Shown here piece after piece: positions 1 through 9,116 of a DNA stretch of 64,000 nucleotides (position 1 is the first letter of the stretch; each line of letters starts with the position of its first letter). The DNA comes from Nannocystis bainbridge (GTDB taxonomy: Bacteria > Myxococcota_A > Polyangia > Nannocystales > Nannocystaceae). The notes below the pieces were generated by a model. It was not told the DNA's origin. It saw nothing but the letters and a program-made list of their open reading frames with translations, and made no database searches. The stretch spans positions 1,824,001 through 1,888,000 of the forward strand of contig NZ_JAQNDL010000001.1 in the NCBI RefSeq assembly GCF_028368995.1, read 5' to 3'. A program made the position numbers and the translations under genes.

Positions 1-2
1 GC

Positions 3-527
3 GACTACTCGCTCACCGCCCTGCGCGCCGCCGTCGGCATCGTCCAGCAGGAGTCGTTCATCTTCACGGGCACGGTCCGCGAGAACATCGCCTACGGCCG
101 CCCGGACGCTGCCGACGAGGAGATCGAGGCGGCCGCCCGGGCGGCCTACGCCCACGAGTTCATCACCCGCCTGGGCGACGGCTACGACACCCGGCTCGGC
201 GAGCGCGGCGTCAATCTCTCGGGCGGCCAGCGCCAGCGGATCTCGATCGCCCGCGCGCTCCTCAAGGATCCGCGGATCCTCATCCTCGACGAGGCGACCA
301 GCTCGCTCGACGCCGAGAGCGAGGCGATCGTCCAGCGCGCGCTCGAGGTCCTCATGCGCTCCCGGACTTGCCTCGTCATCGCCCATCGACTCAGCACGAT
401 CCGCAAGGCCGACCGCATCTTCGTCCTCGACGCCGGCCGCGTCGTCGAGTGCGGCACCCACCGCGAGCTGCTCGCCCGCGACGGCGCCTATACCCGACTC
501 GTCCGCCACCAGGCCGCGGTCGGGTGA
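3..527 (+). CDS. ABC transporter ATP-binding/permease (MsbA-like exporter), 3' partial
   Basis: Manual translation of frame 3: ...[10 protein letters not shown] (Q-loop), [15 protein letters not shown] (signature), [12 protein letters not shown] (Walker B), IAHRLSTI (H-loop); TGA at 525-527. The 5' part lies outside the window. Confidence 0.93.
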   Translation, partial: DYSLTALRAAVGIVQQESFIFTGTVRENIAYGRPDAADEEIEAAARAAYAHEFITRLGDGYDTRLGERGVNLSGGQRQRISIARALLKDPRILILDEATSSLDAESEAIVQRALEVLMRSRTCLVIAHRLSTIRKADRIFVLDAGRVVECGTHRELLARDGAYTRLVRHQAAVG

Positions 528-549
528 TCCTCCTCGACAGGCCGCGCCC

Positions 550-1383
550 TCAGCGAGAGGCCGCTTTTGATGCCAGCGAGTCCGACGACGCTGCAGGACC
601 GTCAGGCCTGGAACGACCGCCGGGCCGCGTGAAGTAGGCGGCGCTCTCCTCGTCCGCGGGGTAGTACGATTCGATGGCGATCTCGTCCAGCGTGATGTCC
701 ATCGGGGTGCCGAACGTGGTGATGGTCGAGAACAGGCGCAGCTCCCGTCCCTCGACGCGGACGATCATCGGGATCAGGACGTCGGATTCGACAGTCCGGC
801 CCGGCGCCTCATCGGGGTCGGACGCCAGCAGCTCCTCGTAGAGCGCGAGCAGCTCGGCGTCGGGAGCGACGGCGAGCTGGCGCGTGAGCCGGGCGCGGAA
901 CACCGCGCGCACGTCGGCCAGGTTGACGACCAGCGAAGCGAGCCCCCGCGGGTCCAGCCCCAGCCGCACCAGGTTGACCGGCGGCCGCAGCAGGTCGGGG
1001 GCGACGTGGGCGAAGAACGGGTCGACGGCGCGGTTGGTCATGACGATGTTCCACCGGCGATCGAAGACCAGCGCGGGATAGGGCTCGTGCGCGCGCAGCA
1101 CCCTCCCGACCGCGTCCCGGGCCGCCGCCAGCGCGCCGTCGTCGAGCGGCCGCTCGGCGTACCGGGGTGCGAAGCCCGCGGCGAGCAGCAGCCGGTTGCG
1201 CTCGCGCAGCGGCACGCCGAGCTGCTTCGCCAGCCGGAGGACCATGTCGGCGCTCGGGTTGGACTTGCCGGTCTCGACCAGGCTGACGTGACGCGGCGAG
1301 ACGTCGGCGGCGAGCGCGAGCTCCAGCTGGCTGAGCCGCCGACGATGTCGCCACTGCCGCAGGAGTTCCCCGACCGTGTTCAC
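550..1383 (-). CDS. XRE-family HTH regulator with MmyB-like ligand-binding domain
   Basis: N-terminal LRQWRHRRRLSQLELALAADVSPRHVSLVETGKS helix-turn-helix; C-terminal HEPYPALVFDRRWNIV...FSTITTFGTP...IESYYPAD typical of the MmyB domain. Confidence 0.9.
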   Translation of the reverse strand: MNTVGELLRQWRHRRRLSQLELALAADVSPRHVSLVETGKSNPSADMVLRLAKQLGVPLRERNRLLLAAGFAPRYAERPLDDGALAAARDAVGRVLRAHEPYPALVFDRRWNIVMTNRAVDPFFAHVAPDLLRPPVNLVRLGLDPRGLASLVVNLADVRAVFRARLTRQLAVAPDAELLALYEELLASDPDEAPGRTVESDVLIPMIVRVEGRELRLFSTITTFGTPMDITLDEIAIESYYPADEESAAYFTRPGGRSRPDGPAASSDSLASKAASR

Positions 1384-1418
1384 GCTCGTCGAGAGTACCC
1401 GTCCGCGAGCGGAGCGCC

Positions 1419-1435
1419 ATGAAATCGGAGTTCAT
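1419..1435. promoter_or_regulatory. Candidate operator dyad ATGAA-N7-TTCAT between the divergent MmyB regulator and SnoaL gene
   Basis: Inverted repeat in a divergent intergenic region; function is inferred. Confidence 0.35.
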
Positions 1436-1469
1436 CGACAGCCGTCGCGACCGCGGAAACACTGCGGCC

Positions 1470-1880
1470 ATGACCACGGACAACAGAAACATCGTCGAAC
1501 GGGCGCTGGCGCGGGTGATCGAGACGGGCGACATCGACACGCTCGAACCGCTGCTGAGCGCGGACTTCGTGCACCACCGGCCGGGCTCGAGCTCTCGGAC
1601 CCGGGCGGAGTGGCTCGCCGCCGCCCGCCCGGTGCCGATGGGCGACATGCAGGTCGAGATCCAGCACATGCTGGCCGCCGGCGACCACGTCGTGATGTAC
1701 TCGCAGCGCCGGCTCCCGGGCGCCGGTCCGGGGATCGCGGTCGTCGACATCTGGCGGTTCGAGGCCGGGCTGATCGCCGAGGCGTGGGAGATCATCGAGC
1801 CAGTGGCCCAGGCACCCGCCAACTTCGAGTGGTGGAAGTCCGCCGCCCATCCCCGCGGGCGCGAGGCGCCGGTGGCATGA
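1470..1880 (+). CDS. SnoaL-like / NTF2-fold protein
   Basis: GDIDTLEPLLSADFVHH...GDHVVMY...VVDIWRFEAGLIAEAWE pattern. Start chosen at ATG 1470 (alternative 1419). Confidence 0.85.
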   Translation: MTTDNRNIVERALARVIETGDIDTLEPLLSADFVHHRPGSSSRTRAEWLAAARPVPMGDMQVEIQHMLAAGDHVVMYSQRRLPGAGPGIAVVDIWRFEAGLIAEAWEIIEPVAQAPANFEWWKSAAHPRGREAPVA

Positions 1881-2000
1881 TCTCGTGGGGTGCGAATCGC
1901 TAAGCTCCGCGCCGTTGTCGGCCGGTTCGACGAGGATGCCGCGGTCCCTCGCTGAGACAGCGGGCGAGAGCTCCTCCGCCCCTCGCCCTCGACGGGTAAC

Positions 2001-2588
2001 ATGGCGCCCATGCCCACGCCGGAGCACTGCCTCGTCTTCCTCGTCGCGCTGCTCGTCGCATGCGCCGGTCCATCACCGAGCGGCGTGCGACCGCCGCCCG
2101 CGGACACGACGGCGGATCTGCTGCCGTGCGCCGGCCGCTCCCGTCGCTCCCGCGAACGCGACCCCACGCTCGGCACCATTCACGTCCGCGTCTGGTGCGA
2201 GCGGGACCACGTGATCGTCGAGCGCCGCGGCGCGGCGTGGGCGGAGCGCTGCCTCGTCGAACGCGAGCACGGTTTGACGATCTGGGATGCCGCCCGCCGC
2301 GACCAGGTCGCGGCCGCCCTCGCCGCGCTGCCCGCTCGCGCTGCAAGCCCCCCGCAGCCCGCGCCACGTCCGGACCCGCAGCCCATGACCGAGGAGCGAG
2401 CGGTCGCTATGACCCAGACGAGCTGCCCGTGCCCCCGTGTCGGCGACTTCCGCGGCGAACACTGCTGGGACCACCCGTGCGATCCGTCCCCGCTGCCGGA
2501 CCCCACGCCGGCGAGCCCGACCTCCGACCAGCCCCTCGTCCCCGACCTCTTCCCGCTCGCGTCCCGCTGTTCGACCGTCCTGCAGTGA
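2001..2588 (+). CDS. Hypothetical lipoprotein with Cys-rich C-terminus
   Basis: Hydrophobic signal and lipobox LVAC; CPCP...CWDHPC segment. Confidence 0.55.
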   Translation: MAPMPTPEHCLVFLVALLVACAGPSPSGVRPPPADTTADLLPCAGRSRRSRERDPTLGTIHVRVWCERDHVIVERRGAAWAERCLVEREHGLTIWDAARRDQVAAALAALPARAASPPQPAPRPDPQPMTEERAVAMTQTSCPCPRVGDFRGEHCWDHPCDPSPLPDPTPASPTSDQPLVPDLFPLASRCSTVLQ

Positions 2589-2724
2589 ACGACGATCGCT
2601 GCGGCCTCGCCGGGCTCGAGATATCCGCCGCACGCCAGAGGCACGTCAAGCTCGTCCGCGGCCGGGCGCCCGATGGGCTCGCGCTCACCGGACGCCGGCG
2701 CGACCGGCTCGACTCGCCTGCATT

Positions 2725-3450
2725 TCACTCGCTGGCCGGGCAGCCAGGCACGCTCAACCGGGCCCGCGCTTGCTCCTCGAGCCGTTGCATCGCGTCATGC
2801 AGAAGATCGCTGGCCGCGAGCGACGTGCCGCGCGGGACCACCCGCGACACCTCGGCGCCGTTGCTCGCGGCCACCGCGAACGCGCCCTCGAGCACCGGCG
2901 GGTCCGCGAAGCGATAGACCAACGCCCAGCCCTCCCAGCGGGCGTCACGCACGATCGCTCGCGCGCCGGGTTCGGGGCTGTCCCCCAGCTCGCCCTGCTC
3001 GATGCGGCTCGGCCTGAAGACGACGAGGGTGTCCACGGGAGCGAGCGTCTCCGCGGCCGCGCGCAGGCCGGCGGCCTCGCTCGTCGAGGCCCCCGACTTG
3101 TCGAGCGTATTCTGCGCGTCAGCCTTGTTCCACATGCGCTGAAAGCCCTCGTCGGTCAGGTTCATGCGCTCCCACTGCTCGACCTGGGTGGGCTTCTCGA
3201 GCAGGTACTCCAGCTGCGCGAAGTGGATGGCCGCGAGCTTGCTCGTCGCCACGCGGGGAGCACACGCGATGCTCGTCTCGCTGCCCGGCGCCGGCAGTGC
3301 AGCATCGACCGCAGCGAGCCTGGTGCGGATCGGTGCGAGGGTCTCGTACGCGGACCAGAACGCCTGCGCCTCCTCGGCGGATGGGCCCGATCCACAGGCG
3401 GCGAGGAGCGCGACGAAGGGGACGGCGAACCCGCGATGCATCGGCGGCAC
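2725..3450 (-). CDS. Hypothetical lipoprotein
   Basis: Signal peptide FVALLAAC (lipobox); protein-like composition; GC-rich third codon positions. Confidence 0.7.
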   Translation of the reverse strand: MPPMHRGFAVPFVALLAACGSGPSAEEAQAFWSAYETLAPIRTRLAAVDAALPAPGSETSIACAPRVATSKLAAIHFAQLEYLLEKPTQVEQWERMNLTDEGFQRMWNKADAQNTLDKSGASTSEAAGLRAAAETLAPVDTLVVFRPSRIEQGELGDSPEPGARAIVRDARWEGWALVYRFADPPVLEGAFAVAASNGAEVSRVVPRGTSLAASDLLHDAMQRLEEQARARLSVPGCPASE

Positions 3451-3741
3451 CTATAACCCTGGCGCGACGCGGATCGCAACACCTTGGCGACGCATCGCTG
3501 GCGGACGAAGAAGTGGAGCGGATGAAGGGTCGAGGCGGCGATTCTCGGAGGGACGACGCTGTCAGCGAACCATCGCCGGGACGTCGCGGCGCTCGAGGAA
3601 ATTGATTTCGAGCGCGTGGTCCCGCTGGGCGCGACTTCTCGCGGAGAGGTCTTCGAGCTCCTCGCGCGCGCGGGGTCCGTCGCCGCGTGACCCCGCCGAG
3701 AGCGCCTGCGAGTACGCCGGGGAGGGCGTACTCTCCCGTGC

Positions 3742-4293
3742 GTGGAGCTCGAGCTCGATCTGGAAAGCGCCCGCCTCGTTCTCCTCGGCGAGGACGGCGA
3801 AGACCGGTGGTCGGTCCGCCTCGAAGCATCGGCGCTTCGAGACGCGTGTTTCCGCGAGGCGTTCCTCTGGCGGCCCGGCGGTGTGGCGTGCGTCGGCGCA
3901 GGGGAGCATGTGTGGCTCTTCGATCTCGCGTCCGGCGCCCCTCGCCTGCACCTCGACGTTCATCGCTCCGGTTCCTCCTTCTTCGGCCATTTCGGACACG
4001 CGACTCTCGGCGACGGCACCGAGCTGCTCATCGTGCTCACCTGCACCGACGTGATCGCTATCGATGCGTCGCTGTCGATCCGATGGACGGCCCGCGACGT
4101 CGCCGTCGATGGCATCACGGGGGCTGACGGCTGCCGCGACGGCGACCGGCTGGTCGTGCACGCCGAGCGGGACCCGCCGGGCGGGTGGTTCGAGGTCACG
4201 CTCGACGCCCGAACCGGTGGCGAGCTCGCAAGCACGCCGAGCTTCTCACCGGGCTACGTCGGCAGGTACGGCGCGGGACCGGCCGAGACCTGA
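3742..4293 (+). CDS. Hypothetical protein (beta-rich, possible immunity-like)
   Basis: GTG start; protein-like 183-aa ORF with W-T-A-R-D-V-A-V-D-G and DPPGGW motifs. Confidence 0.7.
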   Translation: MELELDLESARLVLLGEDGEDRWSVRLEASALRDACFREAFLWRPGGVACVGAGEHVWLFDLASGAPRLHLDVHRSGSSFFGHFGHATLGDGTELLIVLTCTDVIAIDASLSIRWTARDVAVDGITGADGCRDGDRLVVHAERDPPGGWFEVTLDARTGGELASTPSFSPGYVGRYGAGPAET

Positions 4294-4396
4294 AAGTCGC
4301 AACCGTGAGCCGCGCGCAGCTCGCCATCGCCGGGGCGGCCGGCGCCCCGCGCGTGCTCGGACGGGCCGCAAGAGCGGGGGCGAGGGCCTCCCATGA

Positions 4397-4418
4397 GACA
4401 TGTCCTGGAGGTCATGTC
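4397..4418. repeat. CATG-rich imperfect palindrome (REP-like family)
   Basis: GACATGTCCT-GG-AGGTCATGTC between convergent genes; related to the palindrome at 61538-61559. Confidence 0.55.
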
Positions 4419-4531
4419 CTGCGAGACACTCGAGTCGGGGTGATCCCATGACCACTGAGGGCCTCGTTCAGTGCTATCTAAATATGGGCCCCCGGCCAGG
4501 GGCTCGCTCTGGCGAGCGGAAGGTCCGGCGC

Positions 4532-6154
4532 TTACTTCTGAGACGGCCGCGCATCGAGCGGCAGCGTGACGGTGAAGGTGGTCCCGACCCCCGCGGCGCT
4601 CTCGACCTCGACGGAACCGCCGTGGGCCTCGGCGCAGGCGCGGACGAACGCCAGCCCGAGCCCCCAGCTCTCCTCTGCCTTCGGCGCCCGACGTCGCTGC
4701 GAGAACACGTCGAAGATGTGCTCGCGGTGCTCGTCGGGGATCGGGTCACCGAAGTTGTGGACCGACACGCGCACGTCATCGCCGCGACGCGCGAGCCGGA
4801 TGGCGACCTGCGTGTCGGCACGCCCGTACTTGAGCGCGTTGACGATGAGGTTCCACAACGCCCGGCGGAGCTCGTCGCGGCTCCACATGCCGCGAACATC
4901 CCCTTCGGCTTCGATGACGAAGCGCGGGCCGTGCTGGGCCTCGAGGTCCTGGACGACGTCCTCGGCGACCTCGCGGAGGTCGCACGCGGCGATGTTCAGC
5001 GGCAAGCGCTGTCCCGCCTCCATCCGGCTGACGTCGAGGAGGTCGCGGATCATGAGATCGACGCGCTCGAGGTTGCGATCGATCCGGGCGACGATATCGG
5101 GCCGGGCGGCCCGGTCGCCGAGCCGTACCAGGATCTGGGCGCTCATCTTGGCGCTGGCCAGCGGACCGCGGAGGTCGTGCGCGAGGATGGCCGTGAAGCG
5201 CTCCCGCAGCGCGCGTTCGGCCTCCAGCTCATCGATCCGAAGCCGCAGCTCCGCGTGCAGGTGCCCGTTCTCGAGGTGCAGGGTCATGCCCTCGCCGAGC
5301 GCTTCGATGCGCCGGAGCTCACGGGTGGAGAATGGCCCCTGGACGCGCGTGCCCACGTACATGACGCCGCGGATCCGGTCGCGCTGCGGGAGGCGCACGC
5401 CGAGCAGCGAGTGGATGCCGCTGCGTCGCAGCGCGTCGCTGACCACGAGCTCGGTCGTCGCGACGTCGTCGATGGCGACCGGCTCCGCGCTCGCGGCCAT
5501 CAGGCCGGTGACCGTCGCAGGGTCGAGCGACGTCATGATCTCTTGCAAGTCGTCCTCGGCGAGCCCGACCGCGGCCTGGGTCACCAACAGTTCGCTCCGC
5601 GGATCATAGAGGAACAGCGCCGCGCACTGCGCCGCCATCGCCTCCATGATCACCGCCAGCATCTCCTTCAGGTGCTCTCCCAGCGGCGCCCCGGGTGCGT
5701 GGAGCGCCTGGTCGGCCAGCGTCCGCAGCTGTCGGAGGAAACGCTTCTCCTGCTGCTCGTCGAGCTGCATGTGCACCTGGAACGAGTCCGTCGTCCGCAC
5801 CATGATGCTCTGCAGTGCGATGAAGATCCGCGCGAGCTCATCGGGGGACGGCCGTTCGTCCGCCGGGGCCATCGCTGCGCAGGACGAGATGCAACGCTCG
5901 AGGATGGCGAACTCCTCCACCGCCTCCCCGACTTCGAAGCCCCAGCGGATTCGATCCGACAGGTGGCTCTCGATGTGACGCATGAGAACCTTCCAGTCGG
6001 CGCCGCCCGTCAGCGCCGCCAGACAGACCGGCATCAAGTTCTTGAGCTCGACGTCGGACAGCCCACGAGCGGACGCGGCGCGGCTGGCCTCGCTGGCCCA
6101 CGTCTTGAGGATCTCGTCACCATGACGGTCGAGGAAACCGGTCGAGGACGCCAC
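4532..6154 (-). CDS. GAF-domain sensor histidine kinase (N-terminal RsbRD_N-like helical domain)
   Basis: GAF (SLLGVRLP..IRGVMYVG), H-box AHDLRGPL, N-box NLIVNALKY, G2 box GLGLAFV. GTG start 6154 chosen; the ORF extends to 6280. Confidence 0.92.
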   Translation of the reverse strand: MASSTGFLDRHGDEILKTWASEASRAASARGLSDVELKNLMPVCLAALTGGADWKVLMRHIESHLSDRIRWGFEVGEAVEEFAILERCISSCAAMAPADERPSPDELARIFIALQSIMVRTTDSFQVHMQLDEQQEKRFLRQLRTLADQALHAPGAPLGEHLKEMLAVIMEAMAAQCAALFLYDPRSELLVTQAAVGLAEDDLQEIMTSLDPATVTGLMAASAEPVAIDDVATTELVVSDALRRSGIHSLLGVRLPQRDRIRGVMYVGTRVQGPFSTRELRRIEALGEGMTLHLENGHLHAELRLRIDELEAERALRERFTAILAHDLRGPLASAKMSAQILVRLGDRAARPDIVARIDRNLERVDLMIRDLLDVSRMEAGQRLPLNIAACDLREVAEDVVQDLEAQHGPRFVIEAEGDVRGMWSRDELRRALWNLIVNALKYGRADTQVAIRLARRGDDVRVSVHNFGDPIPDEHREHIFDVFSQRRRAPKAEESWGLGLAFVRACAEAHGGSVEVESAAGVGTTFTVTLPLDARPSQK

Positions 6155-6592
6155 ATCATGATTGTACTCCGAGATCCGTACCGCGGCAGACAGCGCGTCG
6201 ACTACACTCGATCTCCGTCGAGAACGACGTAATAAAGTCGTCGATATCGGTTCACCGATCGATCGCTTGAGCTCGAGCACGTTTGGCCGAGCGCACCAGC
6301 TTCAGCCCGCTGCGAGTGCGGTCGCCGCGACATCGAGCGGCGGACGCGGCCAGCGGCCGAGGCTGCGACGATGCATCCGCAGGTCTCGCTCGCGCGCGTG
6401 ATCGTCGACGCGCTGCGGCTGCGTCGGCTGACGCCATGAACAGGACGGCGGCGCCAGGCGCTGACTGTGAGACGTACGACACGACGTGTCGCGCGCGAAC
6501 CGCCGCCTGCGGCGAGTGACCGCGCGACCCCAGCCCGGCCGCCCGCTGGCGCCCGCAGGATTCGCGGCCACACTCCGCCACGGACGCGTCCG

Positions 6593-8011
6593 ATGCAGCG
6601 AATGACCGGACTCGACGCGAGCTTCCTTTACATGGAGTCGCCGTCGGTGTCGATGCACACAGTCATCCTCATGCTCATGGACGTGTCGCAGGTACCGGGC
6701 GGCTACTCCTTCGCCCGGATCAGGCGGCTGTTCGAGCGCCGCGTCCACCTGATCCCCCTGCTCCGGCGCAGGATCGTGGAGGTCCCGGGCGACCTCTACC
6801 ATCCGGTGTGGATCGAGGATCCCGCGCTCGACCTCTCCCAGCACCTGCGACGGGCGAAGCTGGCGCCCCGCGGCGACAGACGCGCCCTCGAGTCCCTGGT
6901 CGGCGAGCTCCTCTCGACTCCCATGAGCCGCGCCCGCCCGCTGTGGGAGATCACGTTCGTCGAAGGCCTCGAAGAGCACCGAGTGGCGCTCCTGTGCAAG
7001 GTGCACCACGCGGTCATCGACGGGGCGGCGATGACCACAGTGCTGGAGCGGGTGATGACCAGCGATCGGGACGACCACGTCGTGGCGCCCCCGACGAGCA
7101 CGTGGGCCGCGGAGCCGCTACCCGGCGCGCGGCAGCTCGTCCTCGACGCGCTCCACGATCGTCTGCGGGGCCTGTCCCGGCTGCCACGCCTCCTCGGAAG
7201 GACGGCGCGCGCCGCCGTGCAGCTGTTGCAGCGCACGCGCGGCCACAAGCTCTCGCTCCCCTTCATCGGCCCCCGGACCGCGTTCAACGCCCCGCTCACG
7301 CCGCGACGCAGCTTCGCCACGGTCGACCTGCCGCTCGCGGACGTGCTGGCCATCAAGACCCTGACTGGTTGCACGCTCAACGACGTCGTCCTCGGCGTGG
7401 TTGCCGGCGCGCTTCGGCGCTATTTGGAGGGCCACGGCGAGGTCCATCGTCGACCGTTGCTGGCGAGCGTCCCGGTCGCCACGGGGGGACTCGAGGACGT
7501 GCGTCTCAGCGGAAACAAGGTGTCGAGCCTCCTCGTCTCGCTGCGCACGGATGTCGCCGATCCGCTGGCGCGCCTGCGAGAGATCCACGCGCTCACGGAG
7601 GCGGCCAAGGACGCCCACGATCACGAGATCGGCGGCCTGCTCGAGCAATGGAGCGAGTACGCGCGCCCCTGGCTGATGCAGCTGTTCATGAACCAGGTGC
7701 TGCCCCGCCTGCCGCGACCGCCGGTCAACCTCGTGATCTCGAACGTGCGCGGGGCGACGGAGACGCGATACCTCGTCGGCTCCGCGCTCGACAGCATTTA
7801 CCTCGGCGGGCCGCTGCTCGCGCAGATCGGCCTCAACCTCACGGTGTGGAGCTACCGCGACACGCTGCACCTCGCCGCGGTCGGTTGCCCCGACACCCTC
7901 CCCGATCTCCGCGCCCTGCTCGCAGAATGCGAGCACGCGCTCGCCGAGCTCGTCGTCGCGGTCCAGAGCGCCGGGCCGGATCGCGGCCATCGCATCCAGT
8001 CCCATGAATGA
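6593..8011 (+). CDS. Wax ester synthase / diacylglycerol O-acyltransferase (WS/DGAT)
   Basis: MTGLDASFLYME start, PLWEI, catalytic HHAVIDG, TLNDVV, NLVISNVRG. Confidence 0.95.
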   Translation: MQRMTGLDASFLYMESPSVSMHTVILMLMDVSQVPGGYSFARIRRLFERRVHLIPLLRRRIVEVPGDLYHPVWIEDPALDLSQHLRRAKLAPRGDRRALESLVGELLSTPMSRARPLWEITFVEGLEEHRVALLCKVHHAVIDGAAMTTVLERVMTSDRDDHVVAPPTSTWAAEPLPGARQLVLDALHDRLRGLSRLPRLLGRTARAAVQLLQRTRGHKLSLPFIGPRTAFNAPLTPRRSFATVDLPLADVLAIKTLTGCTLNDVVLGVVAGALRRYLEGHGEVHRRPLLASVPVATGGLEDVRLSGNKVSSLLVSLRTDVADPLARLREIHALTEAAKDAHDHEIGGLLEQWSEYARPWLMQLFMNQVLPRLPRPPVNLVISNVRGATETRYLVGSALDSIYLGGPLLAQIGLNLTVWSYRDTLHLAAVGCPDTLPDLRALLAECEHALAELVVAVQSAGPDRGHRIQSHE

Positions 8012-9092
8012 CGACGAGACAGACGCCGTTCGGCGCGAACAGGCTCGCAGGCTCATCCTGCTCGCGACGGTGGTAGGCGCGTTCTACCTCTGTTGGTTGA
8101 TGCTCGAGCCGTTCGTCGACGTGCTCCTGTGGGCAGGGGTGTTGACCTTGACCTTCGAGCCCGTCCACCGGCGAATCCTCGCGCACGTGAGGCGGCCCGA
8201 CCTGAGCGCCGGGTTGTCGACCCTGTTCGTGGTGGTCGTGATCGGAGCGCCCATGGGTCTCGTGGCGTGGGCGATCGCCCGCGAGATCGCGCCGGCGATC
8301 GGGATGCTGCAGACCGGGCTCGGGCAGCTCCTCGACCCCGACTCCGAGCTCACCGGACCGGCGATGCGGTGGCTGGGTCGCCACGTCGACCTGGCGCAGA
8401 TCCGGCACCAGATCAGCGAACAGCTGCGAGCGCTCGGCATGCAGCTCGCCAACCGGACGCTCGGCGTGCTCGGCAACGTGCTCGGCCTGTTCATTCGGGC
8501 GCTGTTCGTCGTATTCGTCGCGTATTACCTGTTCCGCGACGGGAGGATGGTGCGCGACGCGATGGCGAGCGCGATCCCCCTGCAAGACCGACAGACCCGC
8601 GAGATCCTGCGCCGAATCGGCGAGGTCGTCGGCGCCAGCGTCCACGGCGTGCTCGTCATCGCGACGCTTCAGGGCGTGCTCGGCGGCCTGGCGTTCGCCG
8701 TGCTCGGCGTGCCCTCGGCCATCATCTGGGGGGTGGCGATGGTCTTCCTGTCGCTCATCCCGCTCGCCGGCGCGTTCGTGGTCTGGATCCCGGCGGCGAT
8801 CTACCTCTTCGCGTCCGGCGCGTGGATAAAGGGCATCCTGCTCGCGCTCTGGGGGGTTCTGGTCATCAGCCTGGTCGACAACTTCCTGCGGCCCCGGCTC
8901 GTCGGTAAGCGGGCCAAGCTGCACGAGCTCTTCATCTTCTTCGCGGTGCTCGGCGGATTGCAAGTGTTCGGGCTCATCGGCCTGGTGCTCGGGCCGGTGG
9001 TGCTGGCGATCGCCCTCTCGCTGTTCGAGGCGTTCCGCCACCCCGGGGACGCCGCGGCCGCTCCCCCGCCGGATCCGGCTCCGGTGCAGTGA
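8004..9092 (+). CDS. AI-2E family transporter
   Basis: Multiple TM helices; YYLFRDG, QGVLGG, DNFLRPRLVG, GGLQVFGLIGLVLGP motifs. Confidence 0.92.
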   Translation: MNDDETDAVRREQARRLILLATVVGAFYLCWLMLEPFVDVLLWAGVLTLTFEPVHRRILAHVRRPDLSAGLSTLFVVVVIGAPMGLVAWAIAREIAPAIGMLQTGLGQLLDPDSELTGPAMRWLGRHVDLAQIRHQISEQLRALGMQLANRTLGVLGNVLGLFIRALFVVFVAYYLFRDGRMVRDAMASAIPLQDRQTREILRRIGEVVGASVHGVLVIATLQGVLGGLAFAVLGVPSAIIWGVAMVFLSLIPLAGAFVVWIPAAIYLFASGAWIKGILLALWGVLVISLVDNFLRPRLVGKRAKLHELFIFFAVLGGLQVFGLIGLVLGPVVLAIALSLFEAFRHPGDAAAAPPPDPAPVQ

Positions 9093-9116
9093 TCGCAGTC
9101 GCCGAATCGCAGGACC

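Noticed and set aside
3480-3690. Protein-like stretch (VEAAILGG...FELLARAGSVAA*) without a start codon
   Set aside because: Possibly a gene remnant, but too short to assign.
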